This document shows positions 36,406 to 45,064 of a stretch of 48,575 bases of DNA, piece by piece. The stretch spans positions 1 to 48,575 of the IMG/VR virus record IMGVR_UViG_2582581022_000007; one strand, 5' to 3'. A model generated the notes under the pieces. That model worked only from the letters and a program-made list of their open reading frames with translations. It made no database searches and was not told the origin of the DNA. The position numbers were made by a program, and so were the translations under genes. Within the stretch, counting starts at the first letter, position 1. The number at the start of each line of letters is the position of its first letter. Origin of the DNA: a virus (lineage: Duplodnaviria; Heunggongvirae; Uroviricota; Caudoviricetes).

Positions 36406-37200
36406 ATGAATTTAATGTTCCGAGTGGTTTCATTACAAAGAGGGATTTTAGCCGCTAAAAAAGCTTTAATAGTTCCTTTCGTGGCGTCCGTCATGGCATT
36501 ACCGGTTAAGGCCGGAATTCCCGTTATTGATGGCACTAATGTGGTTCAGACCACAATCAGCGCAGTTAACAACGTTCAGGCTGTGACTAAACAGATCCAG
36601 CAGTACCAGACGCAGCTGCAGCAGTATGAAAACATGCTCAAAAATACCGTCGCACCTGCGGCCTATATCTGGGATCAGGCCAATTCAACCATCAACAAAT
36701 TGTTGCAGGCGCAGGACACTCTTAATTACTACAAAAATCAGGCCGGGAGTCTTGATTCATATCTGAAACGTTATCAGGACGTGAATTACTACCGCTCATC
36801 ACCGTGCTTTAACAGTAATGTTGAATGTACTGCAGATGAAATCAGCGCACTGCGTAAAGCAGAACAGAACAGCTCTGAGGCGCGTAAAAAGGCCAATGAC
36901 GCCGTTTTTAAGGCTCTTGATGAACAGCAAGAAACACTGCAAAGCGATGCTGATAACCTGGCAGATTTGCAAACTCAGGCAACCGGCGCACAAGGGCAAA
37001 TGGAAGCTATTCAGGCCGCTAACCAGCTTGCAAGTGCTCAAACGAACCAGCTGCTGCAAATCCGCTCGCTCCTGGTAGCCCAGCAAAACGCTGCAGCAAC
37101 ACTGGCACAGGCTCAGGCAGATAAAGAATCACAACAGATAGCCGCTGATGAAAAAGCGTTAGCTGGAGAGAATACACCAAGCCCGAAGCGAATTTGGTGA
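36406..37200 (+). CDS. trbJ: TrbJ/VirB5-like type IV secretion protein
   Basis: Signal peptide, Q-rich coiled-coil (QIQQYQTQLQQYENMLKNT), ~260 aa, followed by small lipoprotein and TrbL-like gene as in IncP trbJ-trbK-trbL. Confidence 0.6.
   Translation: MNLMFRVVSLQRGILAAKKALIVPFVASVMALPVKAGIPVIDGTNVVQTTISAVNNVQAVTKQIQQYQTQLQQYENMLKNTVAPAAYIWDQANSTINKLLQAQDTLNYYKNQAGSLDSYLKRYQDVNYYRSSPCFNSNVECTADEISALRKAEQNSSEARKKANDAVFKALDEQQETLQSDADNLADLQTQATGAQGQMEAIQAANQLASAQTNQLLQIRSLLVAQQNAAATLAQAQADKESQQIAADEKALAGENTPSPKRIW
36445..36461. promoter_or_regulatory. KorB operator-like palindrome, copy 4 (ATTTTAGCCGCTAAAAA), inside trbJ 5' end
   Basis: 16/17 palindrome; encodes ILAAK within the putative signal peptide. 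Confidence 0.4.
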
Positions 37201-37211
37201 GGAAACGCAGA

Positions 37212-37385
37212 ATGAAAGATAATCTTTTGATTGTATTTATTCTGATCAGTTTATTGGCCATATGTTCTTGCGATAAAAATGATAAAGATTGTTTATCGAC
37301 GCCAGATAATAAATTTGATGAAAATAAATACGATAAATGTGCTCTACGGAGTAATAATAAACCAAGCCCTAAACGAGAATGGTAA
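37212..37385 (+). CDS. trbK: small lipoprotein, TrbK-like (entry exclusion) by position
   Basis: MKDNLLIVFILISLLAICSC signal/lipobox-like N-terminus, 57 aa, between trbJ-like and trbL-like genes. Confidence 0.45.
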   Translation: MKDNLLIVFILISLLAICSCDKNDKDCLSTPDNKFDENKYDKCALRSNNKPSPKREW

Positions 37386-38779
37386 TCATGAAAATAGCAA
37401 GTAAGCTCACCTTTCTAGGTATCATAATTTTCTTTTCTATAAATGCCTATGCTGGTCAATTAGATAGTAGCGGGCTACTTGATTCTTTATTAGATAAGTT
37501 TCAACAAGTAGCCAGTACATGGACAACAGTAATTGCTGACTATGCAAATTGGCTCTTCTGGGGGCTGGTATTAATAAGTATGGTTTGGACATTTGGTATG
37601 ATGGCAATGCAAGGAGAAGGGTTGACAGGCGTACTTGCTGAAATAGTTCGCTTTTTTGCCGTCATTGGTTTTTTTTATTATCTTTTAATCAACGGCCCAT
37701 CCATATCGCAATCCATAATTAATTCAATGAGGCAACTTGCAGCAAACGCTTTAGGAATAAGTACTGGTATTTCGCCCTCAAGCATAGTTGATATGGCGTT
37801 TGCGATATTAACAAAGGTCAGTTCAGCCGCATCAATTTGGTCGCCAATGATATCCACCATTATGATAACAGTAGCGATAATCGTTTTGGTAGTGATGTCC
37901 CTTATAGCGATAAATATGCTAATCATGTTGGTTTCTGCATGGGTGTTATGTTATGCAGGAGTTATATTGCTTGGATTTAGTGGTTCGAAATGGACCTCTG
38001 ATATAGCAATTAATTACTTACGAACTGTTTTATCGATTGGCATTCAATTATTCACGATGACATTAATTATTGGGATTGGACAATCATTTATAGATCAATA
38101 TTTTTCTCTTATTAAAGATGATGTTCCTGATCTTAATAGTCTTATCGTTTTGCTTCTGGCGTCAATTATCCTGTTAGTATTAACGAATAAGCTACCACTG
38201 TTGTTATCAGGTGTTGTAGGAGGAGCTTCTTTACAAGGGATTGGTGGATTTGGGGCGGGTATGATTACTGGCGCTGCCGCTACTGCCATCAGCGGTGCTG
38301 GAGCAATTGCAATGGGGGCATCAGCTCAAGTCAGCGGCGGAGCCTCTGCATTAAAGGCAGCGTTCGAGTCTGCGCAAGCTGCCATGGCCGAGGAATCTGG
38401 TTCAGGTGGTGGAGGCGGTTCCGGTGGAGGATTTGGCGTCGGGGAAGATACCGGTTCTGTAGATACTTCTGGAGGCCAACCCTCAGGCAGTTCCGGTGGT
38501 TCGTCAGCATGGAGCAGTTCAGTTAGCTCCAGCGGAGGAAGTCAGGGGTTTGCTTCATTCTCACGAGCTGGCCGCATGGCAAGCCATATGGGAAGCATCA
38601 TGGCCAACGGAGCTGCTGAGTACCAGAAAATGAAGCGAAGTAGCAATTCTTCTCGTGTCCAACAAACTATTGGAGGGGAGTTGGCGACTCAGATACGTAA
38701 GCAGACAGCTACTCATCGGGATAACCGCGAACATGATGATTTTGCCGATGATAGCTTATCGGGTAATAATAAATCTTGA
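37379..38779 (+). CDS. trbL: TrbL/VirB6-like polytopic membrane protein
   Basis: 466 aa, many transmembrane segments, Gly/Ser-rich C-terminal tail (SGSGGGGGSGGGFGVGEDTGS). Confidence 0.65.
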   Translation: MVIMKIASKLTFLGIIIFFSINAYAGQLDSSGLLDSLLDKFQQVASTWTTVIADYANWLFWGLVLISMVWTFGMMAMQGEGLTGVLAEIVRFFAVIGFFYYLLINGPSISQSIINSMRQLAANALGISTGISPSSIVDMAFAILTKVSSAASIWSPMISTIMITVAIIVLVVMSLIAINMLIMLVSAWVLCYAGVILLGFSGSKWTSDIAINYLRTVLSIGIQLFTMTLIIGIGQSFIDQYFSLIKDDVPDLNSLIVLLLASIILLVLTNKLPLLLSGVVGGASLQGIGGFGAGMITGAAATAISGAGAIAMGASAQVSGGASALKAAFESAQAAMAEESGSGGGGGSGGGFGVGEDTGSVDTSGGQPSGSSGGSSAWSSSVSSSGGSQGFASFSRAGRMASHMGSIMANGAAEYQKMKRSSNSSRVQQTIGGELATQIRKQTATHRDNREHDDFADDSLSGNNKS

Positions 38780-38860
38780 ATCATGTGCGTCAGTTAACGA
38801 GGTAGCGTGAGCTGACGCTTTCACTGTGCGAACTTTACTCCTGCAATTCAAAGGAAAAAC

Positions 38861-39325
38861 ATGTCCAGGACTCCCTATACACGGTTACGTATTGAGGGCT
38901 TCCGCAAAGCAGAGGCTTCCCTGAGACTTGAAGGAATGGACCCCAGTGGTACGCCACTGTACGAGTCCATTAAGGCACGTATTATTTCAGGTGAACTGAC
39001 GTATGAGCAGGGGCGTTCAGAGATTCTTACATACTACACAAAAGCAGATACTGACGGGCCTGTGACAGTGGGAGAGATGCTGGTAGAGGAATTTTTAAAA
39101 CCGCTGAACATGTCTCATGATGAACTGGCGGAAGCTATGGGTATCTGCAAGCAGTATATTGACGATATTATCTGCGGTTTGCGTCGTCTTACGGATGATG
39201 AGGCTCGCGTTCTTGCTGTCATATTTGGTACTGATGAGGACTTTTGGAGTAACCTTCAAAAGTTGCAAGATTGCAAGGAAAACCAAGTAAGTAGCCTTCG
39301 TCCACTTCGTGTTAGACCATGCTAG
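38861..39325 (+). CDS. HigA-like XRE-family HTH protein with N-terminal VbhA/FicA-like SxxxEG motif region
   Basis: C-terminal VGEMLVEEFLKPLNMSHDELAEAMGICKQYIDDIICGLRRLTDDEARVLAVIFGTDEDFWSNLQ matches HigA antitoxin HTH pattern; N-terminal ASLRLEGMDPSG has the (S/T)xxxE(G/N) motif. Confidence 0.55.
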   Translation: MSRTPYTRLRIEGFRKAEASLRLEGMDPSGTPLYESIKARIISGELTYEQGRSEILTYYTKADTDGPVTVGEMLVEEFLKPLNMSHDELAEAMGICKQYIDDIICGLRRLTDDEARVLAVIFGTDEDFWSNLQKLQDCKENQVSSLRPLRVRPC

Positions 39326-39514
39326 CTGCTCTTCACATGTCATGAATGTTAGAATATTTGTTCAAAGTCATTTCTTCAGAGCAAAATTTTTAATAGCGGA
39401 TAGAAAAATGCAAGGTATGTTGGAAAAATAAACGAAGCGAGTACGCAAACGTCTTGAAATGCAGTAACATCATTCCGCCACACTGGCAGTTGGCTAACGG
39501 CGAAAGGAGTTCAT

Positions 39515-40747
39515 GTGAGCCAAGAAGATGATGATAAGTATCCAGCTAGCGCCGTATCCTCATGGAGCGGCTTCGTTTATCAAGGGAAAATTGCATTATA
39601 TCACTCCCTCAAGATTATTCACGATGGCGATCTAGACTTTGAGCTTCAGCTAGACAGTAGTGACGACTTCGCTATTTATAAAAATGGAAAACTACACACA
39701 GCCCATCAAGTCAAAGCGAAGATAAGTAAATATCGAAGTGGTTACACCAAGGCGCTGGAACAGTCTACTTTAATCGAACACGACAAAATCCAAGGGACAA
39801 CGCGTTACTTCCATGTATCTGTTCCTCTAAATAATACGGACGATCATAGAGGCGCTAGCGGAGAAATAGTAAAATTCTATCGCTATGGGGATAATTATTA
39901 TTGTGGTTTGGGTGAAATTGAAGGGCTTACCAAAGAACTAATAAAAAAAATATGTAATAAGCAGCACATCATTGTCAGTGATAACCTTATAAATTTTAAC
40001 TATTGTTTACTTTCTGAAAAAATCAGCACCAAGGCAATATACAATCATAAATTAAATCAGGTTGGCGGAATTTCAGAAAACAGAGCAGCATATGAGGGTC
40101 GTATCAAGGCCAGAAATATTCTAGAAGACCTGCTAACCGAAAACCCCTATCAGAATAGGGACTACTATGCAGTTGCATTAAAGGCCAGGCTTCAAACTCA
40201 TCTGGAAGAGAGGTTGGATCAGGCGCTTCCAACAATGAGTGACACTACTTACGAGAGAGCTAGATGTCTGTGTGAGCACATTCGCGAAACTCATATCAAT
40301 GAATTGAAAGCCCTATGCCAGATGATGAAGCCCTCCGAGCGATTTCAAGACGTTCAGACGAACGACATCAGGCGATACACCAAGCTTATCCAGGCTATTT
40401 CGGTGGAGCCTATATTCAACCACCTCCCACACTACCTTGACAGCGAAAATCGATTTTACGTACCTACCGCTCTTGATGTAGATGAAAGCGAAGAGTGTGA
40501 GTTTGACATGACCCGTGAAATGAAAAACAACGGGGATCTGCTGAGACTACTTTTTGAGTATAACCATCTAATCGCCAGCAAAGCAGAAGCCTCATTCACC
40601 TTTAATACAAAATTTACAAACTCAGATGACTTCGACAACAAGCAGACCACTGAAAAGCTCGAAAGCAACATCACCAAGTCGCTATGCATTAGCGTGATAA
40701 CAAAAGACGATGCGGAGGAACGACTGAATGATAAAGCAACTCATTGA
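39515..40747 (+). CDS. candidate defence effector, LmuA-like (N-terminal PD-(D/E)xK-like nuclease motifs)
   Basis: GTG start with AAAGGAG RBS; GFVYQGKIALYHS...DLDFELQLDSSDDF...HQVKAK suggests D...D...(E/Q)xK nuclease; first gene of coupled operon. Confidence 0.45.
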   Translation: MSQEDDDKYPASAVSSWSGFVYQGKIALYHSLKIIHDGDLDFELQLDSSDDFAIYKNGKLHTAHQVKAKISKYRSGYTKALEQSTLIEHDKIQGTTRYFHVSVPLNNTDDHRGASGEIVKFYRYGDNYYCGLGEIEGLTKELIKKICNKQHIIVSDNLINFNYCLLSEKISTKAIYNHKLNQVGGISENRAAYEGRIKARNILEDLLTENPYQNRDYYAVALKARLQTHLEERLDQALPTMSDTTYERARCLCEHIRETHINELKALCQMMKPSERFQDVQTNDIRRYTKLIQAISVEPIFNHLPHYLDSENRFYVPTALDVDESEECEFDMTREMKNNGDLLRLLFEYNHLIASKAEASFTFNTKFTNSDDFDNKQTTEKLESNITKSLCISVITKDDAEERLNDKATH

Positions 40748-41393
40748 TGAAGCACTTGTTGCACATGGCTTTGTTAGTAAACGCGACTTGGACAACACAA
40801 GCTTTTATATTCGCGAGTCTGGATCTGCTATCAGGTTTGCAGTTCTATATAATCTTGATGACCTTCCTGACCCAGCCGAATTGAATAATAGAATCAATCA
40901 TCTTGCTCCTAGTGAATTTCTCAGAAACCCAAGCTTTAAGAAAAACTGCGACTTGATTTGTATTTATCGTCTTGATGTTCTGGCCAATTTCAAAGATCAC
41001 GAAGAAGAGATTTTCGCAATTGAAGAAGATCCGCACTTCTATAAAAAGTATGTTCTCTATTACAGTATCGCGGAAGAAAGTGCACTCACTAATTTCACCT
41101 ACGACAAACTGGTATCTGTTATTGCTGACAAAAAAGAATTTCTTGAATACAAAGAAAATCCTCTTAACGCCACACAATACAGCTTTGCGGCGAAGACCTT
41201 TATCAAGCTTCCTTTTTTAGAGTTACCTAACCATCAAGAAAATCTTGTGTCCTTGAGGTTACAGGCAGCAGAGGCCGTTGCACAAGCCAGCCTGAACGAT
41301 ACGTATTTGACTATCCAGAAAGTCACAGATAAAAACGCCGACGAAATTATCAAGGAAATGATTAAAAATGAACTGGCAAATATCCAAGATTGA
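40728..41393 (+). CDS. small middle-gene protein of the operon (LmuC-like by position)
   Basis: 221 aa; overlaps upstream gene by 20 nt and downstream gene by 26 nt; GGAGGA RBS. Confidence 0.45.
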   Translation: MIKQLIDEALVAHGFVSKRDLDNTSFYIRESGSAIRFAVLYNLDDLPDPAELNNRINHLAPSEFLRNPSFKKNCDLICIYRLDVLANFKDHEEEIFAIEEDPHFYKKYVLYYSIAEESALTNFTYDKLVSVIADKKEFLEYKENPLNATQYSFAAKTFIKLPFLELPNHQENLVSLRLQAAEAVAQASLNDTYLTIQKVTDKNADEIIKEMIKNELANIQD

Positions 41394-43701
41394 AGTCTCT
41401 AGCTTCAAAGCTTTCAAGCATATCTATTTGGATCTTGACAAGTCGTCTTTGCTAACTCTGGACGGCCCTAACGGTTATGGTAAAACAAGCATATTCGACG
41501 CAATCGAACTATTGCTTACCGGCCAGATCAGTCGAATACAAAATCTATTCAAGACATTACTAACCAAGAACAAGAGAGACTACGCGGACAATCTTTTCTG
41601 GAATAGTCGCTCAGGAGAGAACGATCTCTGCATTAAGATTGAATTTACTAATGATGGTCGCAAACTTGTCTTAGCTAGACATTGCCAAGCTGCAATATTC
41701 AAAAAACCAGTAAACAATCGTGCAGACAAATACGAAAATTTCAAGCTTTATGAGCTGCCAGAATTCGAATCGTCTGAATTCACTAAGATCAATCTGCGCG
41801 ATAATAATTTCCTTGATGAAATTTTCGGAAAGAATTTCAGGGAAAACTTCTCCTTTCTTAACTATTTGGAGCAAGGGCAAAACCGGCTGTTACACACTCG
41901 GGTAGACGAACGGAAGGATAAACTAGGAAACCTATTTAATATCAGTGATATCGAAGCCGAGATTGAAAACTGCAACACTGTATACAGCAAACTCACAAGG
42001 TACATCAATAATCCTGAACGCACGGCAAAAGCTGCATCTCTTATTGAAGAAATAGCCATCCTAAAGGACACATTGCAGGCAGTGGCTGGGAACATTAAGT
42101 ACAAAAAACTCTCGACGACTGATGTCCAACCGGGGTGGGACAAGGAGATAATGTTCTCTACGTATTCGTCAGTGGACCATGCAGCCTACCAGGAATCAGT
42201 TCGTAAGATTATTGCCCTTCTACCACTCAAAGCCACGATAAAAACTAGGGTCCATAACGAGAGAATTGATGCCTACATCGGTCGTAATGAGGAATCTCTG
42301 AGAAGTCTGGCGCAGTTTGGTAAAGACCTGGGCAAGCTTGATGTGCTTGACGCTATCAAGAAAGGGATTGATGAGTTAGAACGTTCAGCAAGTATCATTA
42401 AACGTGGTGCTACGGTGATCAAGCTCGAAGAAGCTCGTTCATTACAAGGTTGGGCGGGTGGGCGTCTTGAGTGGTTTGAGTTACAAATTAATTCTCGAAA
42501 CAGCTTACAAGTAAAAAGTAGCGCCAACACGAACGTTGTAGCCGAATTGGAACGTCTAAAAAGGCAGTTACTTAGGGAACATAAAAAGTCTTATCCCGAC
42601 GAGCAGTTGTGCCCTCTCTGTGGTGCTGACTGGGAAGATCACAAATTAATGGCAGATGCTATTGAAGCAAGAACTAAGCAGATCTCTGAATCATTAGGAC
42701 AGGACGGTAAGGACTTAGTTAACCTTATCGCTGCTATGGACGCAGAGCTGAAACTTATCGACTCCTTTATACAAGACAGCCTGAAACTCCTTACGCCTAC
42801 ATTTGAATCGAACCTTCATGTAGGGCTGACCAGAATTAAGCTTCGGCTCCCGGCAATAACCCAAGTACTGGAAAAGCTGCAAAGCGAAAATATTCAATTT
42901 ACTGATTCATTCACGGAAATTGATGACTTAGTAGATGAGCGACTTGAAAAGCTCAAAGAGATTCTAAGAAATAAAAAACAGGTTGAGGCTGATGCCTTAA
43001 CGCTGCCGGAGGACTGGCGAGAAACCATAAATAGCTCTTTTAAAGATCTGCAGGACTTCTACATAGTCACGGCTGAAGACCTAAAGGGTAAAGAGCATTA
43101 CATATCGATTAAAGCTAACGAGGCTCAAAGTTCTAGGCTCCAAACTTGTATTAAAGATCTTAATCTTATCGAAAAAGAAACCATGGCAGCTCAAAAAGCA
43201 CAAGGTAAAATCGAAAAGCTCCGCAACACTTTGAAAAAGACCGAGCAGAACTATACTGACCAAACAATTTCGGCTATTGAGTTCATATTCCACATTTATA
43301 GTGGTCGGCTGATCCAAAACTACCAGCGTGGCCTGGGCCTGTTTATTGAGAGCCGCGAAGGTACGCAACTGAGGTTCCTGACTGCTGAGAAGTCTGAACA
43401 CGACGCAGTCATGTCCATGAGTTCAGGTCAGGTGTCTGCGCTCAGCCTTGCTTTCTTCCTCGCGCTCAACAAAGTCTATGCACGGGTTCCTCTCATATTG
43501 ATTGACGACCCGTCGCAATCACTGGATGAAGTAAACGTTGCTTCGTTGACCGATCTACTCCGTTGCGAACTCAAACATTGCCAGTTGGTTGTCTCATCGC
43601 ACGAGGACGATATCTCGGCCTATATGCGCTACCGGTTCGACAGAGCCGGTTTGACAACAAGTTCGCTCAACATGCAGCTTTTGGCGAAAGAAGCTTCGTA
43701 A
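41368..43701 (+). CDS. SMC/Rad50-like ABC ATPase with mid-protein CxxC (zinc-hook-like); LmuB-like
   Basis: Walker A GPNGYGKTS (res ~33-41), CPLCG near res ~415 in long charged helix-rich middle, C-terminal SGQVSALSLAF signature, LILIDDP Walker B, SSHED. Confidence 0.75.
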   Translation: MNWQISKIEVSSFKAFKHIYLDLDKSSLLTLDGPNGYGKTSIFDAIELLLTGQISRIQNLFKTLLTKNKRDYADNLFWNSRSGENDLCIKIEFTNDGRKLVLARHCQAAIFKKPVNNRADKYENFKLYELPEFESSEFTKINLRDNNFLDEIFGKNFRENFSFLNYLEQGQNRLLHTRVDERKDKLGNLFNISDIEAEIENCNTVYSKLTRYINNPERTAKAASLIEEIAILKDTLQAVAGNIKYKKLSTTDVQPGWDKEIMFSTYSSVDHAAYQESVRKIIALLPLKATIKTRVHNERIDAYIGRNEESLRSLAQFGKDLGKLDVLDAIKKGIDELERSASIIKRGATVIKLEEARSLQGWAGGRLEWFELQINSRNSLQVKSSANTNVVAELERLKRQLLREHKKSYPDEQLCPLCGADWEDHKLMADAIEARTKQISESLGQDGKDLVNLIAAMDAELKLIDSFIQDSLKLLTPTFESNLHVGLTRIKLRLPAITQVLEKLQSENIQFTDSFTEIDDLVDERLEKLKEILRNKKQVEADALTLPEDWRETINSSFKDLQDFYIVTAEDLKGKEHYISIKANEAQSSRLQTCIKDLNLIEKETMAAQKAQGKIEKLRNTLKKTEQNYTDQTISAIEFIFHIYSGRLIQNYQRGLGLFIESREGTQLRFLTAEKSEHDAVMSMSSGQVSALSLAFFLALNKVYARVPLILIDDPSQSLDEVNVASLTDLLRCELKHCQLVVSSHEDDISAYMRYRFDRAGLTTSSLNMQLLAKEAS

Positions 43702-43856
43702 AAGCCACCTTGGCCACCTATTAGAGCGGGTGGCTAAATTTAGTGTTTCACTACAAATAGCATAAAAGGATGCAAAAATTCGGCGAATTTATTCCACGTG
43801 TTTTTTTAAATTCAATGTATGTTAAAATTGTGTCTATTTTATATCAGGATTGTCAA

Positions 43857-44744
43857 ATGAACTCAATTGTTACAGCTAAGGCATTGTCAGCAAGGAAAAA
43901 GTTTGCAGGCCGTCAATGGTTCTACGATTTTAGAGAACTAACTCAGCGTATTGATGAACAAAATGCCCAAAAAATTGCAGATAGCCTTTCCGTTCGATAT
44001 TCAAAACTAACAAAATTTTGGGATAAGGAAAAGAATTCAGAATGGATGTGCAGAATTTATTTATCGGCAAAAATGGTGATGAACGCCACAATACAGATTA
44101 ACTCCATGGAGTTTGCAAAAGAACGCAATATCCGTATCACAACTCCTTATTTAACATATTATTCCCTCCTTTCACTTCTTCGAGGAATCGTCTACACATT
44201 ACCAGAAGTGGAATGGGAGAATGGAAAGCTTATTGAGATATCGCATCACAAAGCTATAAATTTGGCATTCGACCATCTTTCGGCATTTAATAAGGACTTA
44301 TCTGAAGAGTTTAAAAATATCACGCTCACAGCCAAGGCATATCGTGAATTAATTTCGTATCGCTCCCCAACGTCGGGTGACTCTATAATTGAATCAATAA
44401 GCATCGAAGCGATTGCCACATTGCTAGCTGAGGTGGCACAATTTAACTCTGAAATTTTGGAGTCATCCATTATTAAGAAAGCAGATGGCGCTTCGTTTGA
44501 GTTTCTTAGTAAGTATATAAAAGAGTTATCTGGCATTACTATCGAAGGTATCAATTTCTTCGATCAAGAAGATGCTTATAGGTTAAACTATCTTCGCCGA
44601 AAATACCCTCTACCTCCAAATGTTCTTCATGTCATGACGGAAGGACATGTAGAGGATTTTTTTGGGGCATGGCTACCTAGTGAAGAAATTGAAGGTGCTT
44701 TTGACCCAGATGAAAATTGGGGAGTTATTTTTGATATCCCATAG
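43857..44744 (+). CDS. hypothetical protein (orphan gene between two defence loci)
   Basis: 295 aa from ATG 43857 (AGGA RBS); follows hairpin after previous operon; no motifs I can assign. Confidence 0.4.
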   Translation: MNSIVTAKALSARKKFAGRQWFYDFRELTQRIDEQNAQKIADSLSVRYSKLTKFWDKEKNSEWMCRIYLSAKMVMNATIQINSMEFAKERNIRITTPYLTYYSLLSLLRGIVYTLPEVEWENGKLIEISHHKAINLAFDHLSAFNKDLSEEFKNITLTAKAYRELISYRSPTSGDSIIESISIEAIATLLAEVAQFNSEILESSIIKKADGASFEFLSKYIKELSGITIEGINFFDQEDAYRLNYLRRKYPLPPNVLHVMTEGHVEDFFGAWLPSEEIEGAFDPDENWGVIFDIP

Positions 44745-45064
44745 TTAATTAATTGCGAAGATTATTTTTTTTGTTAATCCAGAACTAAATTGGAATGAAA
44801 AAATATGGGGTTGGGTAGTAAATAGAGCCAATTCCCCATATCCTTCATGGCAAGAATGTTTAAGCGGTATATAACACGTTTATGGACATTCATGAGTTAT
44901 GATTTTTATAAATTAGCATTTCTAAAATCAACTTGGATATTGTAAACCTAGGTCAGTTGACCAAATCTATTACGACACTATACTATACATTTGTCTTTCG
45001 TCTAAATGCCGCTAGGTCAATATCAACGGTATTGACCTTTGCTTCGAATGAATCTTTATAAATA

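Noticed and set aside
31126-36461. ATTTTAGCCGCTAAAAT copies as attL/attR or integron attC sites
   Set aside because: Four dispersed copies rather than two flanking ones, no resemblance to a tRNA 3' end or to attC core/inverse-core; perfect dyad symmetry fits a dimeric operator better.
37678-37926. 82-aa minus-strand ORF within the trbL-like gene
   Set aside because: Antisense to a membrane-protein gene; hydrophobic antisense artefact.
39095-39343. 82-aa minus-strand ORF as a toxin partner of the HigA-like gene
   Set aside because: Lies antisense inside the HigA-like gene itself, no RBS, and no resemblance to HigB/RelE or Fic motifs.
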